Virus record (IMG/VR): IMGVR_UViG_3300037225_001188
Span: 66,794-130,793 of that record
Direction: 5' to 3' (one strand)
Length of the DNA stretch: 64,000 bases
Source of the DNA: a virus
Positions within the stretch are counted from its first letter, which is position 1, and each line of letters starts with the position of its first letter. The position numbers and the translations under genes were made by a program. Positions 26,371 to 36,700 of this stretch are shown in pieces. Below the pieces are notes generated by a model. That model was not told the DNA's origin and did not search any database. It saw only the letters and a list, made by a program, of their open reading frames with translations.

Positions 26371-27681
26371 CTACGCGCTCACGCGGGCCGCGCTCACCAC
26401 CGCGCCCACGAACGCCGCGTCGGCGTAGCCCACGAGCACGTCATTGACCGCCAGCGGGCCGTAGGGGACCGGCGTCGGGGCGTTGCTCGACTGCGGCGGG
26501 CGCAGTGCGTAGCCCGAGAGGATCGACCCCGGCGCCCCGGCCGACCCTGCGCCGCGGTACGCCTGCGCGAACGTCAGGGCCGTGTCGGAGCCGCTGGTCA
26601 CGCACGTCAGCACGCGCACGGCCTTGGTCACGCCGTCGGCCGTGATGTAGACGCGCATCCCGACCTTGACGTTGCACTCGGGCTGCGTCACGCCGAGCAC
26701 CTTGCCGGTGTTGGCGCCGGCCGTGATCTGGAGGTTCGTCCCGTTCGTCGCGGCGGCGTCGGCCACGCCGAACACCATGCCGCTCTGGTTGGCCGCGCCC
26801 AGCGTGCCGCCGTAGGCGTTGGCGAGGGTGAGCGTGACCGCCCCGCCGCCGCCGCCACCGATGGCCGTCACGCGCTCCGCGAAGTCCGGTGTGTCCGCAG
26901 CGTTGTAGAAGAACTGGCCCACGGCGACGTTCATGTCGCCGAAGTGCAGCGCCGTCAGCGTGACCGTCGTCGAGGCGGCGATGGTGATCGTGGCGTCCGT
27001 CGCACCGCCCGCCTTCGTGACCGCGGCCGGCGTGCTCAACAAAACCCGCACGCGGGCCTCCAGCGGCGCCGCCGGCGCGCCGAGCGGCTCGATGGCAAGC
27101 GCGTGGACGCCCGCGACGCGCGCGGCGCAGACCAGCGCCGGGACGGCCGAGCCCATGACGGTCGAGAGGTGACCCGCGAGGTCCAGTCCAGGTCTGTTCT
27201 GCGCCATGACGTCGAGGTCAGCCACGCCCGGCCCGTCGGTTGCGAGGGTGACGCGGGCTGCCGTCGCCTTCGTGCCACCGCCCTGCACGAGCGCCTGCGC
27301 GTTGCCCCCGGCGTCCACCGCCGGCATGACCGCCTGCGCTGGACTCGGGAACGCTGCTCCCGGCGCCACCACGTCGGCGCCTACTCGTCTGGAGGCCGTG
27401 CGGATGCCCATCAACGCGCCGCCGAGCGACTCGACCTGCGCAGCCTGGGCGTTGCCGGTGTCGTCCTTGGCCCCGATGACGACGGCCGAGACGACGGCCG
27501 CGCCCGCAGCCTTGATGACGTTGAGCAGCGCCGCGCCGACATCGACGCCGCCGCTGAGGAGCTTGACGTACCAGGGCTTGGTCGCGTCGGTCTGCGGGGC
27601 GCCTTGCGTGACCGTCCCACCTCCGCCTCCGCCACCTCCAACGATCTCGGCTTGGACGGTCTTCTTGCCCTTGTTCGCCAT
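26371..27681 (-). CDS. Ala/Gly/Thr-rich structural-like protein
   Basis: ATG 27681 after GGAG; GTVTQG motif and two similar beta modules ending LTLANAYGG / LTFAQAYRG. Confidence 0.7.
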   Translation of the reverse strand: MANKGKKTVQAEIVGGGGGGGGTVTQGAPQTDATKPWYVKLLSGGVDVGAALLNVIKAAGAAVVSAVVIGAKDDTGNAQAAQVESLGGALMGIRTASRRVGADVVAPGAAFPSPAQAVMPAVDAGGNAQALVQGGGTKATAARVTLATDGPGVADLDVMAQNRPGLDLAGHLSTVMGSAVPALVCAARVAGVHALAIEPLGAPAAPLEARVRVLLSTPAAVTKAGGATDATITIAASTTVTLTALHFGDMNVAVGQFFYNAADTPDFAERVTAIGGGGGGAVTLTLANAYGGTLGAANQSGMVFGVADAAATNGTNLQITAGANTGKVLGVTQPECNVKVGMRVYITADGVTKAVRVLTCVTSGSDTALTFAQAYRGAGSAGAPGSILSGYALRPPQSSNAPTPVPYGPLAVNDVLVGYADAAFVGAVVSAARVSA

Positions 27682-27746
27682 GGCATTCTCCAAAATTTGG
27701 TGTCTTGCACAACGATAACTGACTTGATACTCTGCTTGCAAGAACC

Positions 27747-28751
27747 ATGTCAGAAAAGGTTGGATATACCAGGAAGCTAGACGAGCGCCTGCACATCAGG
27801 CGCGAGATCCGGAAGCTCATCACGGAAGGTAGGTCGGACGACGATATAAAGGCCGAGCTGTGCTTGTCCGACCACGACTGGGAATCCTACCGAACGGCGT
27901 TCATAAGCCAGGAGAGTTCCAAGGCTAAGCGACCTGACATCGAGATCTTCATCGAGTACCAGCTCCGCCAGCTCGGGCACATCGACGAGCTTGAAAAAGC
28001 TCGACAAGTGGCCGTGAAAAAGCAGCAGCCGCAACACGCAGTGTCGGCGACAAAAGCCAAGGCCGAGCTGCTGGATAAAATCATCCAGCGCGGTCAGGAT
28101 CTCGGAATCTACCACCGGGAAGGTCAGAAGTTGATGGTCAGCGGAGCGATGGGGCTCGTACACCTGACGCCTCACCAACTGGCGGAGCGGTTGGACCGCA
28201 GCGTCATGAGGTTGAAGGCGCTGTCGGACGACCTCGGCCACCCGCTGGAGCTGTCTGGCGTCGTCGATGCAGTTCGCGAGGAGCGCTCGCTGAAGATTGT
28301 CGATGTTGCTGCAGAAGATGCCGCAGAAGTGCCTGAAGAACAGGCCCCTGACGAGCCCATCGGCGTCCCGGAAGAGGAGCTTTCGAAACCGCGGTTCCAG
28401 ACGAAGGTCAGGTCGGTCTCAGCAAGCCTCAAGCACGGCGACGGCGACCCAGGCCCAGACCACCCATTGGCAGAGCGCGTCTACAAGGCGGCCATGGAGC
28501 CGAGGGCAGGGGCCGGAAGACCGACTGGTGGCGAGATAGCTGGAGATCCAGCAGGCCTTCGCGGGAGGGTCTTTGGGACGTGCCCGAAGTGCCCGAAGCG
28601 CTGCCTCGGGGTTCCTGGGCTGCAGCGCCACATCCGCTTCATCCACCAGGTAGACGAGGCGACAGCCCTCGACCTGGCGAGGAAGGCCATCGACGACGAG
28701 CGCATGAGCATCGCTCGCGGGTACGCGGCTACGATCGAAGGCGACCTGTAG
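27747..28751 (+). CDS. probable terminase small subunit with C-terminal C2H2 zinc finger
   Basis: first gene of the packaging operon; HTH-like N-terminus and helical core; CPKC...LQRHIRFIH. Confidence 0.6.
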   Translation: MSEKVGYTRKLDERLHIRREIRKLITEGRSDDDIKAELCLSDHDWESYRTAFISQESSKAKRPDIEIFIEYQLRQLGHIDELEKARQVAVKKQQPQHAVSATKAKAELLDKIIQRGQDLGIYHREGQKLMVSGAMGLVHLTPHQLAERLDRSVMRLKALSDDLGHPLELSGVVDAVREERSLKIVDVAAEDAAEVPEEQAPDEPIGVPEEELSKPRFQTKVRSVSASLKHGDGDPGPDHPLAERVYKAAMEPRAGAGRPTGGEIAGDPAGLRGRVFGTCPKCPKRCLGVPGLQRHIRFIHQVDEATALDLARKAIDDERMSIARGYAATIEGDL

Positions 28752-28948
28752 ATGCTGTCTCACAAGATAATCAGAAAGAAGTTCGTAGTAGAAGAGACGA
28801 TCCTTTCGAGAAAGTTCGGCGGTAGTTCCAGCTGCAGTTCCTACTGTTCTTACTTCAAAGAACGCCCAAGGAAGCTCGACAGCGTCTTGTGCGTCAGCTG
28901 CCAAGATCGTCATCGCTGTCTTGAGAGAATCCAGCAGGAGGAAGGTCG

Positions 28949-29416
28949 ATGAGCGACTACGCGACGGTAAATCAGTTCGGCGTCAAAGGCAACAGCGTCC
29001 TCCCGGAGCACCCGGAGTGGGGCGTCTATCGTGTAGTCAGCGAGGTCGACTCCGACCTGCCGACCAAGCTGCAGGCCGGCGTCGTGGCCTCGGACTGGGA
29101 TTCGGTTTGGCTCGACCTGGCGTTCGAGAACGTCGTGGTCGGGACGACCAGCAGCGTCAACACGGCGTCGATCCAAATCTTCTTCTGGAGCCCGGCCGCC
29201 ACGGTCGCGGTGGACCCGGTCACGGGCAAGTACGTGTACACCGGCGGGTGGGTTGCCCAGGACGTCCTCGACACGATCGACGTCATCGCCGGAGACGACG
29301 GGCACAAGGCGGTCCTCCTGTGCATCGACCGGCGCCCGTTCTACCTGAAGGTCACGGCGCTCGGTGACCTCGCGGTGGTCCACCTCCTCGTCTCGGGGAA
29401 CAAGCGGGTCGGCTGA
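28949..29416 (+). CDS. hypothetical beta-rich protein
   Basis: ATG after GGAGG; GC3 bias. Confidence 0.7.
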   Translation: MSDYATVNQFGVKGNSVLPEHPEWGVYRVVSEVDSDLPTKLQAGVVASDWDSVWLDLAFENVVVGTTSSVNTASIQIFFWSPAATVAVDPVTGKYVYTGGWVAQDVLDTIDVIAGDDGHKAVLLCIDRRPFYLKVTALGDLAVVHLLVSGNKRVG

Positions 29417-29426
29417 GAGCGCGTTG

Positions 29427-30980
29427 ATGTCAGTGCGACAGCCGTTCGCCTCGCCCAAGCGCTCCGGGTACGAGCCTGACCAGGAGCGCATCAAGGCGGT
29501 CGGTCGAGACCGGTCGAAGGAGACCCTCGCCGGGTCGATCGTAGAGGTCGACCAGATGTATCGCGACGCGCTCCGCCGGTCGATTGTCGAAGACGAGCGG
29601 GTCGACCTGCTCATGACGCACGTCCTCGGGTACGATTGCGCTCCGCACCACCGCCAGATGCTGGCCTTCCAGCGAGAGCACCCGCAGAGCTTGATCCTCG
29701 CCTTCCGTGGCAGCGGGAAAACGACGGCATGTTCCGTCTCCAAGGCCATCTGGTACCTGTGCGCCAATCCGAACTTGCGCATCGTCATCGCCTCCAAGAC
29801 CGGCCCGATGGCGAAGGCGATCCTGCGTGAGATCAAGCAGCAGCTTTCTGCCAATCAGGACCTCATCGAGATGTTCGGCGAGTTCGCGCCGCGCTCGTTG
29901 AACGATCCGAACATCATCTGGAACGAGAGCGAGATCAACATCAGGCAGCGGACCGAGTTCACCAAAGAGGCCAACGTAACCGCCATCGGCGGCGAGACCG
30001 CGGTCGTCGGCAAGCACTACGACGTCGCGATCATCGACGACCTCGTCGACGAGGAGAACAGCCGCACCGTCACCCAACGCGACAAGCTGAAGACGTTCTA
30101 CTACAAGACGCTCGACCCGTGCCTCGAGCCGCCTGACAAGAAGGTGAAGCACCGCGGCGACAGGCGAATTGTCGGGACTCGCTACCACCCTGACGATATG
30201 TATGGTTATCTGCTGAAAGGTGAGCTGAAGGAGCACACTCAGATCATCCCGGCACTCACGAAGGTCGGCGATGACGAGCGCGGCCAACCGGTCTACGAGA
30301 CCCCGTGGCCTGAGAAGTTCTCGATCGAGTTCTTCCTCAAGGCCAGGCAGGTGAAGGGGCCTTCGATCTTCGACTCGCAATACCAGTGCAACATCGACAC
30401 CATGCGCGGCGACGTCTTCCCGCGCGAGTGGTTCGAGCACGACCAGGTCTACTACGACAAGATCCCGGAGACCGCGATGACGTGGTCCGGGGTCGACCTC
30501 GCCATCGGGCTCCGCGAGCGCAACGACAAGTTCGCCCACGTCACCATCGCCCGCGACCTCAAGACCGGCATCGTCTACCTGGTCGACTACCTCGTCGGAA
30601 GGTATAGCTTCACCCAGCAGACGTCGATCATCGGCGAGCGCTTCAACTCCCAGCACCCGATCCGGGTCGGCATCGAGGCCGTGGCGTACCAGGCCTCGCA
30701 GTTCCAGAAGGTCGTCGAGCAGTACCCGGAGATGAAGGGGCGGGCAGTCCCGGTGTTCACCAAGGTCGACAAGCTGACGCGAGCCTGGAGGCTGACCGGC
30801 CTCTTCGAGTCGAAGCTCGTCAGGATCAAGCAGCACCACACCGCGTTCGTCGACCACATGGTCGCGTTCCGCGGCGATGACGGCGGCGATGACGACCTGT
30901 TCGACGCCTTCGAGATCGCCGTCACCATGTCGCAGAGTGGGGCCCGCAAGCGGCGCGAGGACGAGCCCGGCGTGTACTAG
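29427..30980 (+). CDS. terL: terminase large subunit
   Basis: Walker A AFRGSGKT, Walker B IIDDL, coupling motif VGTRYH, RNase H-like GVDLA...IEA...DDLFDA. Confidence 0.95.
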   Translation: MSVRQPFASPKRSGYEPDQERIKAVGRDRSKETLAGSIVEVDQMYRDALRRSIVEDERVDLLMTHVLGYDCAPHHRQMLAFQREHPQSLILAFRGSGKTTACSVSKAIWYLCANPNLRIVIASKTGPMAKAILREIKQQLSANQDLIEMFGEFAPRSLNDPNIIWNESEINIRQRTEFTKEANVTAIGGETAVVGKHYDVAIIDDLVDEENSRTVTQRDKLKTFYYKTLDPCLEPPDKKVKHRGDRRIVGTRYHPDDMYGYLLKGELKEHTQIIPALTKVGDDERGQPVYETPWPEKFSIEFFLKARQVKGPSIFDSQYQCNIDTMRGDVFPREWFEHDQVYYDKIPETAMTWSGVDLAIGLRERNDKFAHVTIARDLKTGIVYLVDYLVGRYSFTQQTSIIGERFNSQHPIRVGIEAVAYQASQFQKVVEQYPEMKGRAVPVFTKVDKLTRAWRLTGLFESKLVRIKQHHTAFVDHMVAFRGDDGGDDDLFDAFEIAVTMSQSGARKRREDEPGVY

Positions 30981-30990
30981 GAGAGATCTG

Positions 30991-32775
30991 ATGGAGACCA
31001 CCGAAGGACAGGGGACGTTCAAGATCCGGCAGCGGGACGACGAGCCGAGCCTCTTCCAGTTCAGGACGGCCGAAGACTCGTCGTTCTCGCCGTACGAGAG
31101 GATGGGGGTTCGCCGAACCTCCGACGAGATGATCGAGGTCGAGAAGGCCGTCGACGGGACCGTTGACAAGGCCAGCCAGCAGATCATCGAAGATCCGTTC
31201 CGCCTCGACTACGACGCGTACGGGGTCATCCGACCGCCGATCAACCTCCTCGAGCTGTCGTCGCTCTGGGAGAAGAACACCATCCTCGGGCCGTGCATCG
31301 AGGCGATGAACATCAACTGCGAGGCCTTCTGGCACATCTTCGAGCCGCGCTTCAAGCGCGATGACGTCGACGACGCCACCAAGCACCGGATGGACGTCGA
31401 GTACAGCATCCTCGAGAACTTCTTCAACAACGCCTCGGTCAACGAGCCGCACCTGTCATTCACCGATCTGCGTCTCCGCAAGCGCACCGATCAAGAGGGG
31501 GTCGGCGGGGCGTTCTGGGAGGTCGTCCGCAGCAACGACGGCGAGCTGATGGGCTTCAACCACATCCCGGCGCACACGTGCCGCTGGGGGAAGCTGACGA
31601 CTGAAGAGATCGAGACCAAGCAGAAGATCGTCGTCTTCTCGCAGGACGGGAAGGCCGACTTCCGCTACCGCACCGTCAGGCGCAACTTCAGGCTCGTGCT
31701 CCAGCGGCGCGGCATCCGGCTGGCCTGGTTCAAGACGCTCGGAGACCCGCGCGTCATCAACCGCCACAACGGCTACGTCGCCGATGAGGACCTTCCGGTA
31801 GCCGACCGAGCCAACGAGGTGGTGTTCTTCCCGAACGTCTACTCGGGGCGCACCCCGTACACCTTCCCGCGCTTCACCGGAGCGCTGTTCTCGATCTACG
31901 GGTCGCGCAGCGCCGACGAGATTAACTACACGACGTTCGAGAACAACATGATCCCCTCGATGGCGATCATGGTGAGCAACGGCATGCTCACGAAGGGCTC
32001 GATCGGGCGGTACAAGGAGTTCACCGAGGCCAACATCGTCGGGCGGAAGAACTACTCCGTCTTCCTGCTGCTGGAGTCGGAGCCGATCACCGAGGGGGTT
32101 GCGAATCCAGGGACGATGAAGCTCGACATCAAGCCGTTGACCGGGGTGCAGCACAAGGACGAGCTGTTCCAGGAGTACGATAAGAACAACCGCGACAAGG
32201 TCCGCGGCAGCTTCCGCCTCCCGCCCATCTACCTCGGCAACGTCGTCGGGTACAACAAGAGCACGGCCTCGACCTCGCGCAAGCTGGCCGAGGAGCAGGT
32301 CTTCGGGCCTGAGCGCGAGCGGTTCGACCAGTTCATCAACGCCGTCATCCTCCCGGAGCTGAACATCCTGTACTGGAAGTTCCACTCGAACTCTCCGGAC
32401 ACGACGGACAACGAGGACCTCATCAAGCTGCTCGTCGGCGGGGAGAAGTCGGGCGGATCTAACCCGCGCATCGCCCGCGAGGTCATGAACCGCGTCTTCA
32501 GCAAGAACCTCGGGCCGATCAAGGGGATCGACCCCGAGGTCCCGTACTCGATGCAGCTCGCCGAGGTCATGCAGGCCGGCGGCGTCCCGGAGAACAGGCT
32601 CAGCGTCCCTGGAGAGAACTCGGTCAACCGCGCCGGTAAGCTTCCGAGCCTCGACTCCGCGACCGCGATCGACAAGGCCGAGAAGCTCAGGCGCTCGCGC
32701 GTCAACATGGAGCGCATGTACCAGGAGTTGTTCGACGACTGGCACTCCAGCGCCTTCCAGGACGAGCAAGACTGA
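30991..32775 (+). CDS. portal protein (PBSX/XkdE-like)
   Basis: follows terL; GGAFWEVVR...HIPAHT; FENNMIP; FRLPPIYLG; YNKSTA. Confidence 0.92.
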   Translation: METTEGQGTFKIRQRDDEPSLFQFRTAEDSSFSPYERMGVRRTSDEMIEVEKAVDGTVDKASQQIIEDPFRLDYDAYGVIRPPINLLELSSLWEKNTILGPCIEAMNINCEAFWHIFEPRFKRDDVDDATKHRMDVEYSILENFFNNASVNEPHLSFTDLRLRKRTDQEGVGGAFWEVVRSNDGELMGFNHIPAHTCRWGKLTTEEIETKQKIVVFSQDGKADFRYRTVRRNFRLVLQRRGIRLAWFKTLGDPRVINRHNGYVADEDLPVADRANEVVFFPNVYSGRTPYTFPRFTGALFSIYGSRSADEINYTTFENNMIPSMAIMVSNGMLTKGSIGRYKEFTEANIVGRKNYSVFLLLESEPITEGVANPGTMKLDIKPLTGVQHKDELFQEYDKNNRDKVRGSFRLPPIYLGNVVGYNKSTASTSRKLAEEQVFGPERERFDQFINAVILPELNILYWKFHSNSPDTTDNEDLIKLLVGGEKSGGSNPRIAREVMNRVFSKNLGPIKGIDPEVPYSMQLAEVMQAGGVPENRLSVPGENSVNRAGKLPSLDSATAIDKAEKLRRSRVNMERMYQELFDDWHSSAFQDEQD

Positions 32776-33779
32776 TGGACGAGCGTCTCGAGCACCTTGA
32801 GGGCGTCTGCGAGTGCGCCCTCCACGCCCACCTGATGCTCGAGATGAGCGAGCATCGAGTGGCGAAGGCCGCCGGCGACGAAGAGGACGACGTTCGCGAC
32901 GTCATCCTCCCGCCGCTCGTCATCACTCTCGCGCGCCTGCTAGCCGCCCGCTTTCGCCGCCGCGCCGATTCGGTCGTCGACGAGGCGGTTGCCGGGTTCG
33001 AGCAAGCCAGGACTGCTGAGCAGATCGCCGCGGTAGTGGAGAAGCTTGGCGTCGCGCTCGGAGCGGTCTTGGCCTCGGCCAGCTCGGGCGACGTCTCCAA
33101 GGCGGTCCAGGCGATGTTCCAGAAGGCGAAGGCGGCCGCGGCCGGTGAGCTTCACGTGCAATCGACCTTCTCTTCGCTTGACGGACGCACGCAGGAATGG
33201 CTGCAGCGGGCCTACCCGTGGTGGATCGGAGGCTACCACTCCAGCGTCCTCGCCAAGCAGATCGACGCCATCGCCAGGTACGCCATCATCGAGCGCGGGC
33301 TGTCCGGCAGCGAGCTAGCTGCGCTTATGCGCGACCAGCTCTCGCGGCTCTACGGGCTCGGGCGCGGCAGGAAGAGTCCGGTGGTGGTCCCGCGATCGTT
33401 CCGCGGTCAGCCGGACCTGTATTGGGTCGGGCTGGCGAACAACGCTGCGACTCAAGCCATGGCCTTCGCCAGGTTGTCGGCGATGCGCGAGGCCGGGGTC
33501 TTGCGCTACGCCATCGCGTCCGTCGGGGACGAGCGCGTGTGCGCCCTCTGCCGCTTCATGGACGGCAAGGAGTTCTCGATCGCTGATGGAGAGAGCTTCC
33601 GCGATGCGGTCATCGCGACCAAGACGCCGGATGAGTACAAGGCGGTCGCCGGGTGGATGACGGTGAAGGTCGCCATGAAGCTGTTCGACGAGGGCGGAGA
33701 TGCGGCGTTGGCGAAGACAAGCCTGCTGCTTCCGTCGTACCATTTCCTCTGTCGTTGTACCGTGTCGCCTGTGACATGA
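32775..33779 (+). CDS. minor head protein (MuF/SPP1 gp7 family)
   Basis: DERVCALC..MDG and terminal PSYHFLCRC; follows portal. Confidence 0.88.
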   Translation: MDERLEHLEGVCECALHAHLMLEMSEHRVAKAAGDEEDDVRDVILPPLVITLARLLAARFRRRADSVVDEAVAGFEQARTAEQIAAVVEKLGVALGAVLASASSGDVSKAVQAMFQKAKAAAAGELHVQSTFSSLDGRTQEWLQRAYPWWIGGYHSSVLAKQIDAIARYAIIERGLSGSELAALMRDQLSRLYGLGRGRKSPVVVPRSFRGQPDLYWVGLANNAATQAMAFARLSAMREAGVLRYAIASVGDERVCALCRFMDGKEFSIADGESFRDAVIATKTPDEYKAVAGWMTVKVAMKLFDEGGDAALAKTSLLLPSYHFLCRCTVSPVT

Positions 33780-33789
33780 GAGGTTCGTT

Positions 33790-36700
33790 ATGGACGAAAG
33801 ACTGGACCGGAAGAACCGGAGAGCAGTCCGCGAGGCCGAAGCTGTGAAAAAGCAGTCGGCCGCGTTAGCCCCAGCCGCGCCGATCGTGCCCTTGGATGCC
33901 GTCGACAAAGCCGTGGCAGCCAAGGACGTCACGCCCGACATGTTCGACGGTATGGACGACGAGGACCTCAAGTCGGTCGCCAATGAGGTCGCCGAGCTGT
34001 GGGCCAGCATGTACGGGTCCGCCCTCGACGCGCCGAAGCAGGCCATCGCCGAGACGAAGGTCGACCTGCCGGCAGACCAGATCCAAGCCCTCCGCGACCG
34101 GCGCAAGCGCACGGTGGTCAACGACGAGGCCTTGCCGGCGGCAAAGGTCTACTTGGTCACCAACGACGGCAAGGCCTACGGCCTGCTGTCGATGGGGGCT
34201 CCGCGCGAGCTGTCGGTGGACGAGTTCATGGCTGAGGACCTCTCGGCTGACGAGCAGGCCCAGCGCTGGCCCGACGCCAACCGCCTCTTCTGCCACGACG
34301 TCCTGGCGTACTTCGACTTCGGCGAGCCCGTCGATCCGAGCCAGGTCGAGTACAAGGCCGTCTCGAAGATGACGCGCGAGGACCTCGTCAAGATGGCGGA
34401 GAAGCTGCACGCGGAGGCCGAGAAGAGAAGCCTCGAGTTGGGCTTCCCGCAGGACCTCCAGCGCCAGCTTCAGGTCGCGAAGAGCGACAGCCACCCGCAG
34501 TCGCCAGACCTCTACATGCCGCCGAACGATCCGAACCCTGAAGCTGAACCGCCGTTCGGGCAGCAGCCGAAGGAGTACGCCAGCAACAAGGTCAAGGTCC
34601 CAGGGGTGAGCGATCCGATCGATGGACCGAAGGGGCACGAGTGGGGCTCGAACAACCCGGCCCAGCAGGAGTGGGACGCCGGCGACTACTCGCACTACGG
34701 GGAGGGTGACGCAGGCGGCTTCTACGAGTTCTCGACCAGCGGCGGGGCTCGGTACTCGGCGGGGGCGCCGAACGCCGGCGAGAGCCCGATCGCGTCCGGG
34801 TCGCTCGCGGCCGCCGGGAAGAAGAACCCCATCATCGCTCGATGGCGAACGACGCTCACGAAGGCAGCCGTCGTCCCGACGGTTCGGATGCTTCTCGAGG
34901 CCCGCGTGCACGAGGCATTCACCGTCACGGCCGACTACCTGTACTCCGTCGGGCTCCTCGAGCGCGACGAGCGCGTCTCGCTGTCCGGGCTCGTCGGAGA
35001 CTTGCTCGACGCCTTCGGCGGCGCGATGCCGTACGACCTCGGGGTGCGGCCACTCAACAGCGTTCCTCAGGTCGAGACGAAGGTCGTCACCAAGGGGTCG
35101 GCGAAGACCCCGCCCGACATCATCATGTCGGTCCAGTCCCCGGTCACGGTCGGCCCCGCCTCGGCCTCGCCGGAGTGGGGGCCGACACCGGTGGCGAAGG
35201 ACGGCTCGCTTGCTGCGGAGCTGAACGCCGCCCTGGCGTCAGAGTACGGCGCCTGGCTCACCTACGTGAGCTGCGGCCACGCGGCGAGCGGCCTGGAGAG
35301 CGACGCGGTCAGAAACCTCTTCTTCGACCACGCCGACGAGGAGTACGAGCACGCGAAGCTCCTCGGGCGCAAGATCGTCGGCCTCGGCGTCATGCCGACG
35401 ATCGACGTCGACCTGGCCGTCCGCGGGGCGACCCTGACGACGGTCCCGCGCAGCCTGGCGGCCATGGTCGCGCTGAACCTCGAGATGGAGCACGCGGCCA
35501 CCGCCCGCTACGAGCAGCTGCTCTCCAGGAGCGACCTCGACTCGGCGCTCACCAACGACCTCCAGACGATCGCCTCGAAGGAGGCCGAGCACGCCGAGGA
35601 GCTTGGTCGCCTCTGCGTCGAGAAGGACGCCCAGTTCATCGTTGGCGAGCCGCCGCAGACCGAGCAAGACGTCCGCGGCGGGCACTTCGAGGGGGCGCCC
35701 GACGACTTCGCAGTCACCCAAGCCTGTGGCACGAAGTACCCGTTCGTGATGCAGCACGTCTTCAGCGGCCTCCGCGGGCAGCAGGAGCGGGCCGACCTGA
35801 AGAAGGCGCTCGACCAGGTCAAGGCGATGGCTGCCGGAGGCGACGCCGCGGCAGACGCGGCCCTGGCAGACATGTGGAAGAAGCACGACCTGAAAATAAT
35901 CACCACCAACCTTGAAAAATTGTCGGCATCGCTGCAGGCAGCTGACGACGGTAGAGGTGACGCCTCGTCGGTGATGGCGAGCTTCCTGGACAGTTCTCCA
36001 CCGCAAGCCATAGACTTGCATAAGGTTTTGGCGAGCGTCGTCACCCCGGGCAGCGTGCACACCGATCTCCTAATTCAATCGCCCGAAGGTGACTGGTTGA
36101 TAGGTTGGATGATGGACACCCCAAAAAGTGTGCTGCAGACGTTGGACGGAAAGCTGTTGCGCGTCATGCGCAACAAGGTCCTCGAGCACGCTCCTGGTGA
36201 CGTCGTCGCCTGCCAGAAGACCGGACGCCGCGAGACCGGCAACCTGCACCTGGTCAGCCCGTCCAGCTCGGTCTTCAAGGACGAGTCGACCAACGGACAG
36301 CCAGTGGGCGAGGTCAGGTTCCTCGACCGCGGCGAGGCCATCTTCGGGGTTCAGAAGCCCGACTACCACGAGATGTTCCTCTCGTTCGAGAAGAACCAGA
36401 AGCTCAGCGGCCGCTGGGAGTTCAAGAGCGCGGAGCCGCCGGACGCGTGGCTCGCCGAGCGCCCGGAAGTCCAGGCCCCGTACGCCGTCACCCACAAGGA
36501 CCCCGAAGCCGGGGCGGCGTGGAACCAGGCGGCGGTGGACCTCCTGCGCGAGATGAAGTACCCGGACATGTCGGACCCGGCCGAGTCGGTGTCGAAGTTC
36601 GTCCAGGTCTTCAAGAGCGCTTCCACCGAAGAGCGGACCGTGTTCGGCGTCGTACTCGAGCCCGAGACCATGGACGCCCACGGCGACGTGATCTCGATCA

